From Candidatus Eiseniibacteriota bacterium (GTDB taxonomy: Bacteria > Eisenbacteria > RBG-16-71-46), in assembly GCA_963717935.1 (NCBI GenBank), contig CAVQXP010000004.1, forward strand, positions 544,001 through 608,000: a stretch of DNA of 64,000 bases, written 5' to 3'. This document shows, in pieces, positions 10,035-20,861 of the stretch (position 1 is the stretch's first letter; every line of letters begins with the position of its first letter). A program made the position numbers and the translations under genes. The notes under the pieces were generated by a model. It saw only the letters and a list, made by a program, of their open reading frames with translations. It searched no databases and was not told the origin of the DNA.

Positions 10035-10495
10035 GCCTCCCGGGCGGGTCGGCGGGCTGCGCAGGCCGAGCACAGCCCGTAGACCACGAGCTGCTTGCCC
10101 GTGACCTCCTCGTCTCCCGACACGGAGACCCAGGGGAGCGACTGGTCGGTGAGGCAGCGCATCCGGCCGCAGCGCGTGCACTGGAAATGAGGGTGGTTGC
10201 CGGGACAGTCCCTCCCGAGCCGGGCGTGGGCGCAGAATCGCCAGGCGCCGTCCTGGTCCTGGACCCGGTGCACCAGCCCGGCATCCTGCAACGCCGTGAG
10301 CGTGCGGTACAGCGTGACCCGGTCCAGCGCGGCCAGCCCGCGAGCCTTCGCGATCTCGCTGTGAGCCAGGGGGTGGCCCTTCTGCGACAGGAAACGCAGC
10401 ACCGCATCGCGGGCGGGGGTGCAGCGCAGCCCGGAGCCCTTCAACAACTCGCGGACCTTCGATGGGAGGCCTGGAGGAACGCGGGATGCGGACAC
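10031..10495 (-). CDS. Fur-family metalloregulator
   Basis: GLRCTPAR, LDRVTLYRTL, HPHFQCTRCG and GLCSAC (two CxxC). The GTG start at 10495 is approximate. Confidence 0.9.
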   Translation of the reverse strand: MSASRVPPGLPSKVRELLKGSGLRCTPARDAVLRFLSQKGHPLAHSEIAKARGLAALDRVTLYRTLTALQDAGLVHRVQDQDGAWRFCAHARLGRDCPGNHPHFQCTRCGRMRCLTDQSLPWVSVSGDEEVTGKQLVVYGLCSACAARRPAREA

Positions 10496-10584
10496 GGGCG
10501 CGGACCCTCGACGACGGTGGCGGGACGGTGGCGCGCGCGGGCAGCGGCGCCGGGTCCCGCAACGGTACCGCGCCCCACGGCCAG

Positions 10585-10601
10585 GTGCAACAAAGTTGCA
10601 T
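10585..10601. promoter_or_regulatory. Palindromic operator gTGCAAC-aaa-GTTGCAt, probable binding site of the adjacent Fur-family regulator
   Basis: Perfect 6-3-6 AT-enriched inverted repeat in the divergent intergenic region between the Fur-family gene and the TonB-dependent receptor. Confidence 0.72.
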
Positions 10602-10689
10602 CTGCCCGCGGGCCCTGCTAGCGTCCGCTGCCTTCGCAGGAAGTCACCCGCGACCCGCCGCCGGCCCCGGGCCGCCCCCGGAGACACCC

Positions 10690-12701
10690 ATGCCACCACT
10701 CGTCCGTCTGCCAATCGCGCTCGCCCTGGTCCTGCTCGCGCCCGCCACCTCGCTCGCAATGGAGCGCCCCGCCCCCCGGACACCTCGCGCGTCTTCCAGC
10801 TCGGGGCGATCGAGGTGGTGGCGCTGCGTCCGCGGGGTGCAGCCGCGCTCGAGGAGCAGGTCGCCGGCCCCGAACTGCACCGCGCGGGCCAGGTGGACTA
10901 CTCGCAGGCGCTCGCGCGCCTGCCGGGCCTGGCGATCACGAACGGCGGCAGCCGCAACGAGGCGGGGCTCTACCTGCGCGGCTTCGACCTGCGCCAGGTG
11001 TCCTTGTTCGTGGACGGGATCCCGGTCTACGTCCCCTACGACGGCTATGTGGACCTGCGCCGCTTCACGACGTTCGACGCCTCGCAGATCACGGTCGCGA
11101 AGGGCTTCAGCTCCATGCTCTACGGACCCAACGCGCTGGGCGGGGCGATCAACGTCCAGTCGCGGCGCCCGGCGTCGGTCCTCGACGCGAGCGGCGGGCT
11201 GGGCGCTTTCAGCGCCGATGGCTACGAGAGCTACGGGAGCGTCGGTTCCCGCCACGCCGGCTGGTACGCGCAGGCGTCGGGCTCGTACCTGCGCCAGCGC
11301 GGCTTCCCGCTGTCGTCGGACTACCGGGCGGTCCCGGAGCAGCCCGCCGGCGATCGCCTGAATGCCAGGCGGGAGGACTGGCGGGCGAGCGTCAAGCTGG
11401 GCCTGACTCCCAACGACACCGACGAGTACGCCCTGGTGGTCGCCACGCAGCAGGGCTCGAAGGGCAACCCGCCGTACACGGGGACCCTGCAGAAGGTGCG
11501 CTACTGGCGCTGGCCGCAGTGGGACAAGGACGATCTCTACCTGATCACGCAGACCGCGCTGCCCTGGCGCTCGATGCTCAAGGGGCGGGCCTACTATGAC
11601 CGCTTCCGCAACGAGCTGTGCTCGTACGACGACGCGACCTACACGACGCAGACGAAGAAGTCCTCGTTCCGGAGCTACTACGACGATCCGAGCGGCGGCG
11701 GCTCGCTCGAATGGTCGCTGCCGACCGGGGCGCGCAACACCCTGCGCACCGCCTTCCACGGCAAGTACGACCAGCACAAGTCGCACGACGCCGACGAGGC
11801 CGAGCGGATCGCCGAGGACCTGACGCTCTCGGGGGCGGTCGAGGACACCTGGAAGGTCTCGGAGTCGTTCGCCGGCGTGGCCGGCGTCAGCTACACGCAG
11901 CGCCGCGCGCTCAGCGTCACCGACGAGGAGAGCAACGCGCGCGAGGAGCTCCCGACCCCGACCGACGTGGCGTGGAACGGCCAGGGGGCGCTGCTCTGGG
12001 ACGTCGCCCGCGGCACGCTGCGGGCCAGCGTGGCCCAGCGCACCCGCTTCGCGACCATGAAGGACCGTTACTCCTACAAGGCGGGCAGCGCGATCCCGAA
12101 CCCCGACCTCGACCCCGAGACCGCGCTGCACTGGGAGCTGGCGTACACGGGCGGGCCGCTGGCGGGCCTGCAGACGCGCCTGGCGGTCTTCTACAGCCGC
12201 ATCTCGAACCTGATCCAGTCGGTGGACGAGGTGGCCTTCGCCGTGGACGAGGGCGACACCACGTGGCTCTCGCAGATGCGGAACATCGGCGACGCCCGCA
12301 GCGCGGGATTCGAGGTCGGGTTCGACGCCTCGCCCCTGCGGGCGCTGGGCGTGGGCGCCGCGTATTCGTACGTGGACCGGAGGAACCTGGATGCGCCGGA
12401 GATCAAGCAGGCCGGCATGCCCCGCCACAGCATCACGGCCCATGTGGACGTTGCCCCGGTCCGGCGGTGCAGCCTGCGGGCGAGCGTGTTCGGCTACGGC
12501 GAGCGCTACGCCACCAGCACGGGGCTCAAGCTCGCGCCCTTCGCGACCGTCGAGCTGCGGGGCACCGTCGAGGTCTGCCCGGGCACGAGCCTCGAAGCGG
12601 GTGTGGCGAACCTGCTCGACGAGCAGTACGAGCTGGACGAGGGCTTCCCGGAGGCGGGGCGGACCTATTTCACCGGGCTGAGGTTCGCCCTCGTCCGCTG
12701 A
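10690..12701 (+). CDS. TonB-dependent outer-membrane receptor (frameshift near 10775 after the signal peptide)
   Basis: Signal peptide MPPLVRLPIALALVLLAPATSLA; plug motifs LYLRGFD, VDGIP and YGPNALGGAIN; NPDLDPET; C-terminal NLLDEQY...GRTYFTGLRF. Confidence 0.92.
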
Positions 12702-12764
12702 GCGGGCGGGGGGCCGCGGTGGGCGGGGCGCCGAGGCCCCGGGCGTGACGGCGCCGGAGGGGCT

Positions 12765-13972
12765 TCAGTAGTCCCAGCGCGCGGTCGGGTGCGGGGGCCA
12801 GGCGTCGCCGCCGAAGCGCTCGCCGCCCAGGCGCGAGAGGGCCGAGAACATGGCCAGCTCGGGGGTGACGTTGCCCTCGATGGTGCGCAGCATCTCCTCG
12901 AGCACCAGAAGGCGGCGGCGGATCTCGGCGGGCTCGATGCGCTCCGCCTGACGGCGGATCTCGGTCTCGCGGTCGCGGTTCACCAGTTCCTCGCGCGGTG
13001 CGCCGTAGCGCGCGCGCAGCAGGTCGCGCAGCCAGAGCTGGTGGAACTCGACCATGCGGCGCAGCGTCTCTCGCCCGGCCCGGCCGAACTTCGTCATCCC
13101 CTGCACCGCCTTCCACAGCGCGGCCGGATCGCCCCGCAGCGCGGGCTCGAGCAGCGCGAGCGCCTGGTCGCGCTGCTCGAGCGGCTTGCCGTCGCGCAGC
13201 ACGAGAGCGCGCGCCAGCGAGCCGCCGGAGAGCGCGGCCAGCAGGCGCGACTCGTGGTTCGCGACCCCGACACGCTGCTCGAGGAACTGCTGGATCGTCG
13301 TCTCGGGCAGCGGGGCGAAGCGCACGCGCTGGCAGCGCGAGGGGATGGTGGCCGGCAGCCGCGCGGCCCGCGCGGTGGTCAGCACCCACACGGTCGAGGC
13401 GCCCGGTTCCTCGATGGACTTGAGCAGCGCGGAGTACTGGTCCTCGCGCATGCGGTCGGCGTCGCGCACCACCACGACGCGGCGCTCCGCCTCGTAGGGC
13501 CGGTAGGCCAGCTCGCGCAGCAGCTCGCGGGTGAGCGAGAGCCGGATCGAGGCGGCCTTGTCGTAGCTGGAAGACGAAGAACGGGTCCTCGCGCAGCGCC
13601 TGCTGCGTCTCGGCGACGGTGTTGTCGAGCAGCCTCTCCTCGCCCGAGACCGGGAAGAGGAACTTGAGGTCCGGATGCGTGAGCTGGGCCGACTTCTGGC
13701 AGGCGGCGCAGACGCCGCAGGCGTCGTCGGCCGGAGCGGCCGGAGCCAAAGCGGCCGCGGGCCCGTCGAACAGCCCGCCCTGTGGCCCCGGCGCCGTTGC
13801 GGGTCTCGCACAGCAGCGCGCGCGCGAATGCCAGCGCGGCCGTGCCCTTGCCGACCCCGGGCGCGCCCAGGAACAGGTAGGCATTGGCGTAGCGCCCCCC
13901 GGCCACGACCCCGCGCAGGAACGCGGAGGGGCCGGGCTGGCCGAGCAGTTCGGAGAGGCGGACGACCGTCAT
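12765..13972 (-). CDS. holB: DNA polymerase III delta' subunit (frameshifts near 13800 and 13570)
   Basis: AYLFLGAPGVGKGTAA, CGVCAAC, HPD, ALLKSIEEP and TIPSRCQ; holB typically sits near yaaT/metG. Confidence 0.85.
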
Positions 13973-14073
13973 GCGGGCAGGATACACGGCCGGGCGTGGC
14001 CGAGCGGAGCGCGGGCGCGGACGACACGCGGAGCGGACCGAAGGAGCGCGGCCGGGTGACGGAGGACCGGCGC

Positions 14074-15319
14074 CTACCTCAGCCAGTCCTCCGGATCGAG
14101 CGCGCTGCCGCCGTTGCGGACCTCGAAGTGCAGCACCGTGCCCTTGAGCGAGGTTCCGCTGTCGCCGACACGGCCGATGGCCTGCCCGGCCGGCACCTCC
14201 TGGCCCTGCTTGCACCAGGATCTCGGAGAGGTGGCCGTAGAGCGTGTAGTAGCCGCTGCCGTGGTTCACCACGATGACCTGGCCGAAGGCGGCGAAGTCG
14301 TCGCTGGTGAAGTCCACGCGGCCCCGCGCCACGGCGCGCACGCCGTGCCCGCGGCCGCGGCGATGTCGACGCCGTTGTTGAGCGTGGTGGTGCCGAAGCG
14401 CGGGTGGCGCTCCGGGCCGAAGCGTCCCACCACGCTGCCCTCGACCGGCCAGTCGAGCTGGCTGCGGGCCCGCGCGAAGTCGCCGGTGTAGGGCTCGGCT
14501 GCGCGCCCGCCGGCGCGGCGGCGCTGCGTCCTCGGCCTGGCGCTGGCGCTCGAGCCGGGCCAGCAGGTGCTGGATGTCCTTCGCGGTCTTCTCCAGCTCG
14601 GCGGCGGCGGCCTCGTAGGTCTTGCGCTGGGTGCGGATCTGCGTCACCTGCCGCTCGCGCTGCGTCGTCAGCTGGCCGAGCCTGCGGTTCTGCGCCGCGG
14701 TCTGCTGCTCGTTGTTGCGGATCTCGCCGAGGTTCACCTCGAGCTGCTGCTCGGTGGCCTGGACCTGCTCCTTCTTGCCCACGATGTCCTCGAGCAGCAT
14801 GCGATCCTGCTCGGCCACCATGACGATGAAGTCCCAGCGCGCCAGCAGCTGCGCGAACGAGCGCGTCGAGAGCAGGAACTCGAGCTCCCGGTCGGCGCCC
14901 GACTTGTACATGCTGCGCAGGCGGCGCGCGAGCTTCGCCTTCTGCTGCTCGAGCGCGAGCAGCGTCTGCTGCAGGGTCTGGCGCGTGACGCCGAGCTGCT
15001 GGCCGAGCGCGCCGCGACGGTTCTGCAGCGAGCGCAACCGGCGGCGCGTGAGGTTGAGATCGCGCTGGGTGCGGCGCAGCTGGCCGAGCGCCTGGGTCTC
15101 CTTGCCCTGGAGCCGGCTGGCCTGCTCGCGGCTCTCGCGGGCCTGCTGGTTGATCTCCTCGAGTTCGCGGCGCTTGGAGGTCTCGAGGCGCAGTTGTTGC
15201 TCGCGGGGGCTGGCCGCGGCGTTGTCCGACGCCGGGGACTGCGGGCGACCGGCCGTGGGAGCGAGCAGCCCGATCAGGAGCGCGGCCGCGAGCGCCAGCG
15301 CGGGGCGCCGCGGGCTCAT
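14074..15319 (-). CDS. envC: EnvC-like murein hydrolase activator (coiled coil + degenerate M23), frameshifted
   Basis: Signal peptide, long Q/E-rich coiled coil, LDWPVEG, NNGVDI, YTLYGHL and LHFEVR...LDPEDWL; follows ftsX. Confidence 0.85.
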
Positions 15320-16173
15320 GGGCCGGCCGAGCGGAGCGTGCGCGCGAGGGCGAGGGCGGCGGCGGCCCACGCGAGCAGGGCGGCCCCGCCGAGGAAGGCC
15401 GCGATCCAGGCCGGCGGGAGGAAGGTCACGTGTACGATCTGTTGCACGGCGAATTGCTCGAACGTGAAGAGCAGGCCGAGCGCCGCGAGCGCCGCGACCA
15501 GGGTCTGGCCCACGGCCTCGAGCGCGAAGGGGGTGGCGATGAAGCGGTCGGAGGCGCCGAGGCGGATCATGATCTCGACCTCGCGGCGGCGCGCCATCAC
15601 GGTCAAGCGGATGGTGTTGTAGATGATCAGCACGATCGCGAGCGCGACGGAGATGTCGACCACCAGCGAGCCGCGCGCGAGCGTGGCCTGGAGTTCGTCG
15701 AGCCGCCGCACCCACTCGCCGCCGTAGCGCACGTCCTCGACCTCCGGGAACTGCGACACCTGTTTCGCGGCCTGCTCCATCGCCGTGTAGTTGAGCAGTT
15801 CGGGACGCAGCCGCACCCGCAGCGAGGCGGGCAGCGGGTTCTGGTCCACGGCCTGCAACAGCTGCGGGTCGCCGACCTGCTGCGAGAACTCCTCCCAGGC
15901 CTGTTCTCGGCTCACGAAGGTGGCGGTGCCGTAGAGCTCGGTGAGGCGCACGATCAGCGCGTCGCGCTGTTCGACGGTGACCTCGTCGCGCAGGTAGACC
16001 ACCATCTCGCGCCGGTCGCCGATGAAACGCACCGCGGACTGCGCGTTGTGCGTGAGCAGCAGGAAGATGCCGCACAGCAGCAGCGTCGCGGTGAGGGAGG
16101 TCATGGCCGTCGACGCCAGCCCCGGGTGATGGCGGAACGAGCGCCAGGCTTCGCGCAGGAAGTAGACGTGCAC
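15316..16173 (-). CDS. ftsX: Cell division permease FtsX
   Basis: YFLREAWRS, NPLPAS, IIYNTIRLTVMARRREVEIMIRLGASDRFIATPF. Confidence 0.93.
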   Translation of the reverse strand: MHVYFLREAWRSFRHHPGLASTAMTSLTATLLLCGIFLLLTHNAQSAVRFIGDRREMVVYLRDEVTVEQRDALIVRLTELYGTATFVSREQAWEEFSQQVGDPQLLQAVDQNPLPASLRVRLRPELLNYTAMEQAAKQVSQFPEVEDVRYGGEWVRRLDELQATLARGSLVVDISVALAIVLIIYNTIRLTVMARRREVEIMIRLGASDRFIATPFALEAVGQTLVAALAALGLLFTFEQFAVQQIVHVTFLPPAWIAAFLGGAALLAWAAAALALARTLRSAGP

Positions 16174-16175
16174 GT

Positions 16176-16901
16176 TCAGGCTCCCGGCGCCGGCGCCGCC
16201 ACCGTGCCGGACTCCCGGGGGGCGCAGGGTGAGCCGGCTGGTGCGGGGGCGTCCGCGAGCCGGCCGTCATCGAGCCGGAGGATGCGCCCGCCCAGCGCCG
16301 CGCCGAGGTCGAGGCGGGTCGTGACCATCACGAGCGCGGCGCCTTCGTCGTGGATGCGGCGCAGCAATTCGATGATCTCCTTCGCGCTGGCGGGCTCGAG
16401 CGCGCCGGTGGGTTCGTCGGCCAGGACCACGGCGGGGCGGTTCACGATGGCGCGCGCGATGGCCGCGCGCTGCTTCTCGCCGGCGGAGAGCTCGGACGGG
16501 TAGGCGCCCTGCTTCTGCTGCAGACCCACCTCGTCGAGCGCGTAGAGCGTGCGCGGCACGACCTCGGCATCGGCGAAGTGCCCGCCGATGCGCACGGCGA
16601 GCGCCACGTTCTCGAACACCGTGCGGTCGTTCAGCAACCGGAAATCCTCGTAGATGATGCCGAGCGTGCGCCGCAGCAGGGCGCGCCTGCCGCGCGCCAG
16701 GCGCGCTCCGCGAAAGGTACCGACGGTGACGGCGCCGGAGGTGGGCGCGATCTCGTGGGTGATGAGCCGCAGCAGCGTGGTCTTGCCGGCGCCGCTGGGG
16801 CCGGCGAAGACCACGCATTCGCCCTCGTCCATGTGCCACGAGACGGAATCGAGCGCCATGCGCTCCCGGTAACGTCTGGACACCTGCTCGAAAGTGATCA
16901 T
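16176..16901 (-). CDS. ftsE: Cell division ATP-binding protein FtsE (several motifs degenerate)
   Basis: GPSGAGKTT, DFRLLNDRTVFENVA, AIARAIVNRP and ADEPTG; directly upstream of ftsX. Confidence 0.88.
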   Translation of the reverse strand: MITFEQVSRRYRERMALDSVSWHMDEGECVVFAGPSGAGKTTLLRLITHEIAPTSGAVTVGTFRGARLARGRRALLRRTLGIIYEDFRLLNDRTVFENVALAVRIGGHFADAEVVPRTLYALDEVGLQQKQGAYPSELSAGEKQRAAIARAIVNRPAVVLADEPTGALEPASAKEIIELLRRIHDEGAALVMVTTRLDLGAALGGRILRLDDGRLADAPAPAGSPCAPRESGTVAAPAPGA

Positions 16902-16959
16902 CGGCGTCAACCTAACAGATGGTGCGGGTCGCGGGGGAGCGCGTCATCGGGCCTCCGGG

Positions 16960-18363
16960 CTAGAGATCGCGGATCTCGACGTGGGCCTTGGCGCGCAGGC
17001 CCCGGACCCACTCGTCATAGCGCTCCTTGAACTTGATCTGCCCGACCGCCTCGGGGAGCTGCTCCTTGATCTCGTCGAGCGTGTACGGCCGCTCCGGCCT
17101 GCGGTCCCCGACCTTGAAGATGTTGAAGCCGGCCTGGTTCTCGAGCGCCTCGCTGACCTGGCCGACTTCGAGGGTGTCGAGCCCCGCGCGGATCTGCGGC
17201 ATGAGCGCGCCCAGGGAGATGAAGCCGATGTCGCCGTCCGGGCCGGTCGGCGCCTGATACCGGCTGTAGCGGCGCACCAGGGTCCCGAAGTCCACGCCCT
17301 TGGCGGCTTCGGTGCGGACGCGGTCGGCCAGCGCCTTCGCGCGCGCGCGGTCGGCGTCCGTGGTCTCGACCCGGATCAGGACGTGGCGCGCATGGACCTC
17401 GGGGATGACCCTGCCGTTGGAGTCGAGGCTGTCTCCGCCCGCGACGGTCTTGAGCGTGTCCCGCTCGAGCACCTGCACGAGGTGCCAGCCGTAGGGGCTC
17501 TGCACCGGCTCGCTCACCTTGTTGAGCTCGAGGCTGAAGGCCGCCTGCTCGAGCGCGGGCTCCATCGTACCCCGGGAGAAGAAGCCGAGGTCGCCGCCGG
17601 CCCTCGAAGAACCGGTGTCGTCCGAGACCTCGGCCGCGACCTTCGCGAATTTCTCACCGCCCTCGATCCGCTTGCGGATCCCCAGCGCCCGCTGGTGCGC
17701 CAGGGCGTCGGCCGTCGAGTCGGGCGTGACCGGAATCTGGATCACGGAGAGACGGACCTGGCCGGGGGCCAGGGGGAACTTGGCCGGATTGGCCGTGAAA
17801 TACGCTTCGGCCTCCGCCTGTGGCACCGGCCTGCGCGGCAGCGCCCTCTGCACCATGCGCTGCGCCAGTTGCTGGCGGCGGGCCTCCTCGCGGTACTTCG
17901 CGCGCAGCCGTTCCTCGGTCAGGTTCTCCTTCGCGAGTTGTTCCTGGAAGCCGGCGGGTCCCATGCGCTCCTTCGCGTCCTGGATCGCCTTCTCGACCTC
18001 GCGGGTCACTTCGGCCTCGCTCGCCACCAGGGCCTGGCGCTTTGCCTCGGCCACGACGAGCTTCTCGTTGATCATCTCCTCGAGCACCTGCCGGCGCAGC
18101 GTGTCCACCGTGGCCGAGTCCGGGCGCAGTTGGTTGCGCATCACGAACAGGTAGACCTGCTCCTCCACGTCGCTCTGCAGCACGACCTCGTCGTTCACCA
18201 CGGCGGCGATGCCGTCGAGGTGCTGGGCGCTCGCGGCCGGGGTGGTCCCCGGGGTTGCGGGGTGCGCCGTTGCGGTGGTGCGGGGCTTCGCGGTCTGGGC
18301 CAACGCGGGCAGGACCGCGATGGCAAGCAGGAGGGCGGCGAGCGCCCAGCGCGAGGACTTCAA
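16960..18363 (-). CDS. surA: SurA-like periplasmic chaperone/parvulin PPIase
   Basis: Signal peptide, LDGIAAVVNDEVVLQSD, and two parvulin domains (GGDLGFF...SPYGWH; ARHVLI...GDIGF...GFNIFKV). Confidence 0.85.
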   Translation of the reverse strand: MKSSRWALAALLLAIAVLPALAQTAKPRTTATAHPATPGTTPAASAQHLDGIAAVVNDEVVLQSDVEEQVYLFVMRNQLRPDSATVDTLRRQVLEEMINEKLVVAEAKRQALVASEAEVTREVEKAIQDAKERMGPAGFQEQLAKENLTEERLRAKYREEARRQQLAQRMVQRALPRRPVPQAEAEAYFTANPAKFPLAPGQVRLSVIQIPVTPDSTADALAHQRALGIRKRIEGGEKFAKVAAEVSDDTGSSRAGGDLGFFSRGTMEPALEQAAFSLELNKVSEPVQSPYGWHLVQVLERDTLKTVAGGDSLDSNGRVIPEVHARHVLIRVETTDADRARAKALADRVRTEAAKGVDFGTLVRRYSRYQAPTGPDGDIGFISLGALMPQIRAGLDTLEVGQVSEALENQAGFNIFKVGDRRPERPYTLDEIKEQLPEAVGQIKFKERYDEWVRGLRAKAHVEIRDL

Positions 18364-18609
18364 CGTGACCTCCAGGGAATGACGGTGGGGCTGCGCGCAG
18401 GACTCCGCGCCGCACGAATGGGTCCGGGGGCCGGGCGGATGCCCTGGCCCCTCCGATTGGAAGCGAGGTGGCAGTATAGCGACTCCTCCCGCCGGAGCCT
18501 ATGCGCTGGCGAGCCCCCCGGCGGCCCCGCCCGGGGCTTTCGCCCCCCCAACTACCGCGCTCGTCCGCTGCCGGGAGCCCCCTCCCTGGTCCGGGGTATC
18601 CTGATCGTC

Positions 18610-20861
18610 GTGGACCGCCCTCTCTCCTCGTCCGTGCCCGTTGATGGACCTCCCTCCGTATGGGAGAGTCCCCTCGTGAACGCCAGTCACCGAACCCGGC
18701 GGCTGCTTGCCGTGGCGGCCGTGGTCCTTGCCGTCGCCATCGCCCTGCCGCGCTTCCTCACCCACACGCCCTATGCCCGTATCGGCGCCGAGCTCGACTA
18801 CGACTCGCCGGGCAAGGTCGCACGCATCACGAACGTCGTGGGGCCGCCCTCGCGGGGCCTGCTCCAGAAAGGCGACCGGCTGCTGCTCGTGGACGGTCGC
18901 CCGGGCACGCGGGCCGAGTTCAGCAAGCTGAAGCCCAAGGGGGGGTTCCCGCGGGGGCCCATCAGCCTGGTCATCGAGCGCAACGGCGAGATCCTCGAGC
19001 TGACGCTCCCGCCCGTGCAACTCAGCGTCTGGCAGCGCGTGCGGTTCTACACCTTCCCGCTCGCCACGGTCGTCGCCGCTCCGCTCGTGGCCTTCCTGCT
19101 GGTCTGGCGGCGCCCGGACCTGAGCGCCGCGTGGGCCTTCCTCTGGTTCGCGGCGCTCCAGGCGTTGTCCGTGGTCTGGGATCTGTTCCGCTTCCCACAG
19201 GGCGACGTGGGCCCGCTCTTCCGCTCGTACCTGAACCTCTATGGCGCGCTCATCTGCTGGTACCCGGCGGCCTTCCTGCACTTCATGACCGTCTTCCCGC
19301 GGCCCCGCTGGCACCGGCCCGGCCTGTCGAGCAATCTCTGGTTCTGGCTCGTCGTGCTCGCCTACGCCACGCCGCCGGTGCTGTGGATCTTCGGGCAGGG
19401 CCCCATCAAGGTCTACTTCGGCCCGGCCATGCTGTGGTTCCAGTCCATCGCGCTGCCGCTCGGCACGCTGTCGCTCGTCGAGCACTACGCCCGCCCGAAC
19501 CGCGACGGCCACCGGCCCCGGGCGAACGAGCGGGCGCTGGCGCTGGCCGTGGCGACGCTGCTGCTGCTGAATGCCGCCTCGATGTTCCTCTGGGAGTCCA
19601 CGCAGCTCATGGCGCTGGTCCTCGTTCCCACTGGTGCGCCTCGCCTTCACGTCCATCAACTTCGCCTTCCTGGCCGTGCCGCTGGTGATCGCCTTCCTCA
19701 TCGCCAACGACCCGGTCTTCGACCCGCGCCGCGTCGTGGTCCAGAGCCTGCCGTTCGCGCTGCTCTCCGTCGTGCTGGCCGGCATCTACCTCGCCGTCGT
19801 GGTGGGCTCGCAGCGGCTCTTCGCCGCGGTCACCGGCGAGGAGTCGATGATCTTCAACGTCGTCGCCGCGCTGGTCGTGGCCTTCGCCTTCGCGCCGCTC
19901 TGGACGCGGACCCAGCACGCCCTGGACCGGCTCTTCGGGCGCGATCCCGCAGGCCCTGCGCCTCGCGCTGGACCAGACCGGGCGCGAGTTGCTGGGGGCG
20001 CTCGACCACGACGAGCTGCGCCGCTCGGTCGAGACCGGTCTTGCGCGCGGGCTCAAGCGCGAGGTGGCGCTCGAGTGGCCCGAGCCGGGTCCGCCGCGCC
20101 TGGCCGCCGGCGAGTCGCTGCCCGAGCACGCGCACCGCGCGGTCGAGAACCTGCTGCTCCAGGCCGGGATCCGCCTCGAGAACCTGGCGCTCCAGGAGCA
20201 CCGTGCGGCGGCCGAGCGCCAGGCCGTCGAGTTGCGCGAGGCCGCGACGCGGGCCGAGTTGCGGGCGCTGCAGGCCCAGGTGCAGCCGCACTTCCTCTTC
20301 AACGCGCTCAACGCGCTCGCGTACCTCATCGAGACCGATCCGCCCGCGGCCCAGCGCTTCTCGGAGCGGCTGGCCGACATGCTGCGCTACGCCGTGGAGG
20401 CGGGGAACCGCCCGGCCGCCCTGCTTTCGGAGGAGATCGGTTTCGTCGAGGACTATCTGGGCGTGGCGCGCGAGCGTTACGAGACCCCGCTCGGGTTCGC
20501 CTACCGCGGTCCGCAGGAGCTGCTCTCGCTGGCGGTGCCGCCGCTGCTCCTGCAGCCGCTGGTCGAGAACAGCCTCAAGCACGGCTGCGCCGCCCCGGAC
20601 GCGCCCGGGCTGCACCTCGAACTCACGGCCGTCCAGGACGACGGGTTCATCGAGCTGACGTTCTCGGACGACGGCATCGCCTCGTCCGCCGCCGGCCCGG
20701 GCCTGGGCGTGGGCCTCACCAATCTCGAGCAACGCCTGCGCCGCTTCGCCGGCGCGGACGCCACCATGGAGGCCGGCGCCCGACGGGATGCCGGCGGAAC
20801 GCCGCGGCCGGGCTTCGTGGTGCGCCTGCGCTGGCCGGTCACGAAGGGAGCGAACGGATGA
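18610..20861 (+). CDS. LytS-family membrane sensor histidine kinase with N-terminal PDZ-like domain (frameshifts near 19630 and 19950)
   Basis: GLLQKGDRLLLVDG...IERNG (PDZ-like), multiple TMs, AQVQPHFLFNALN, LQPLVENSLKHG, FSDDG and GVGLTNL. Start is 18610 or 18676. Confidence 0.85.
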
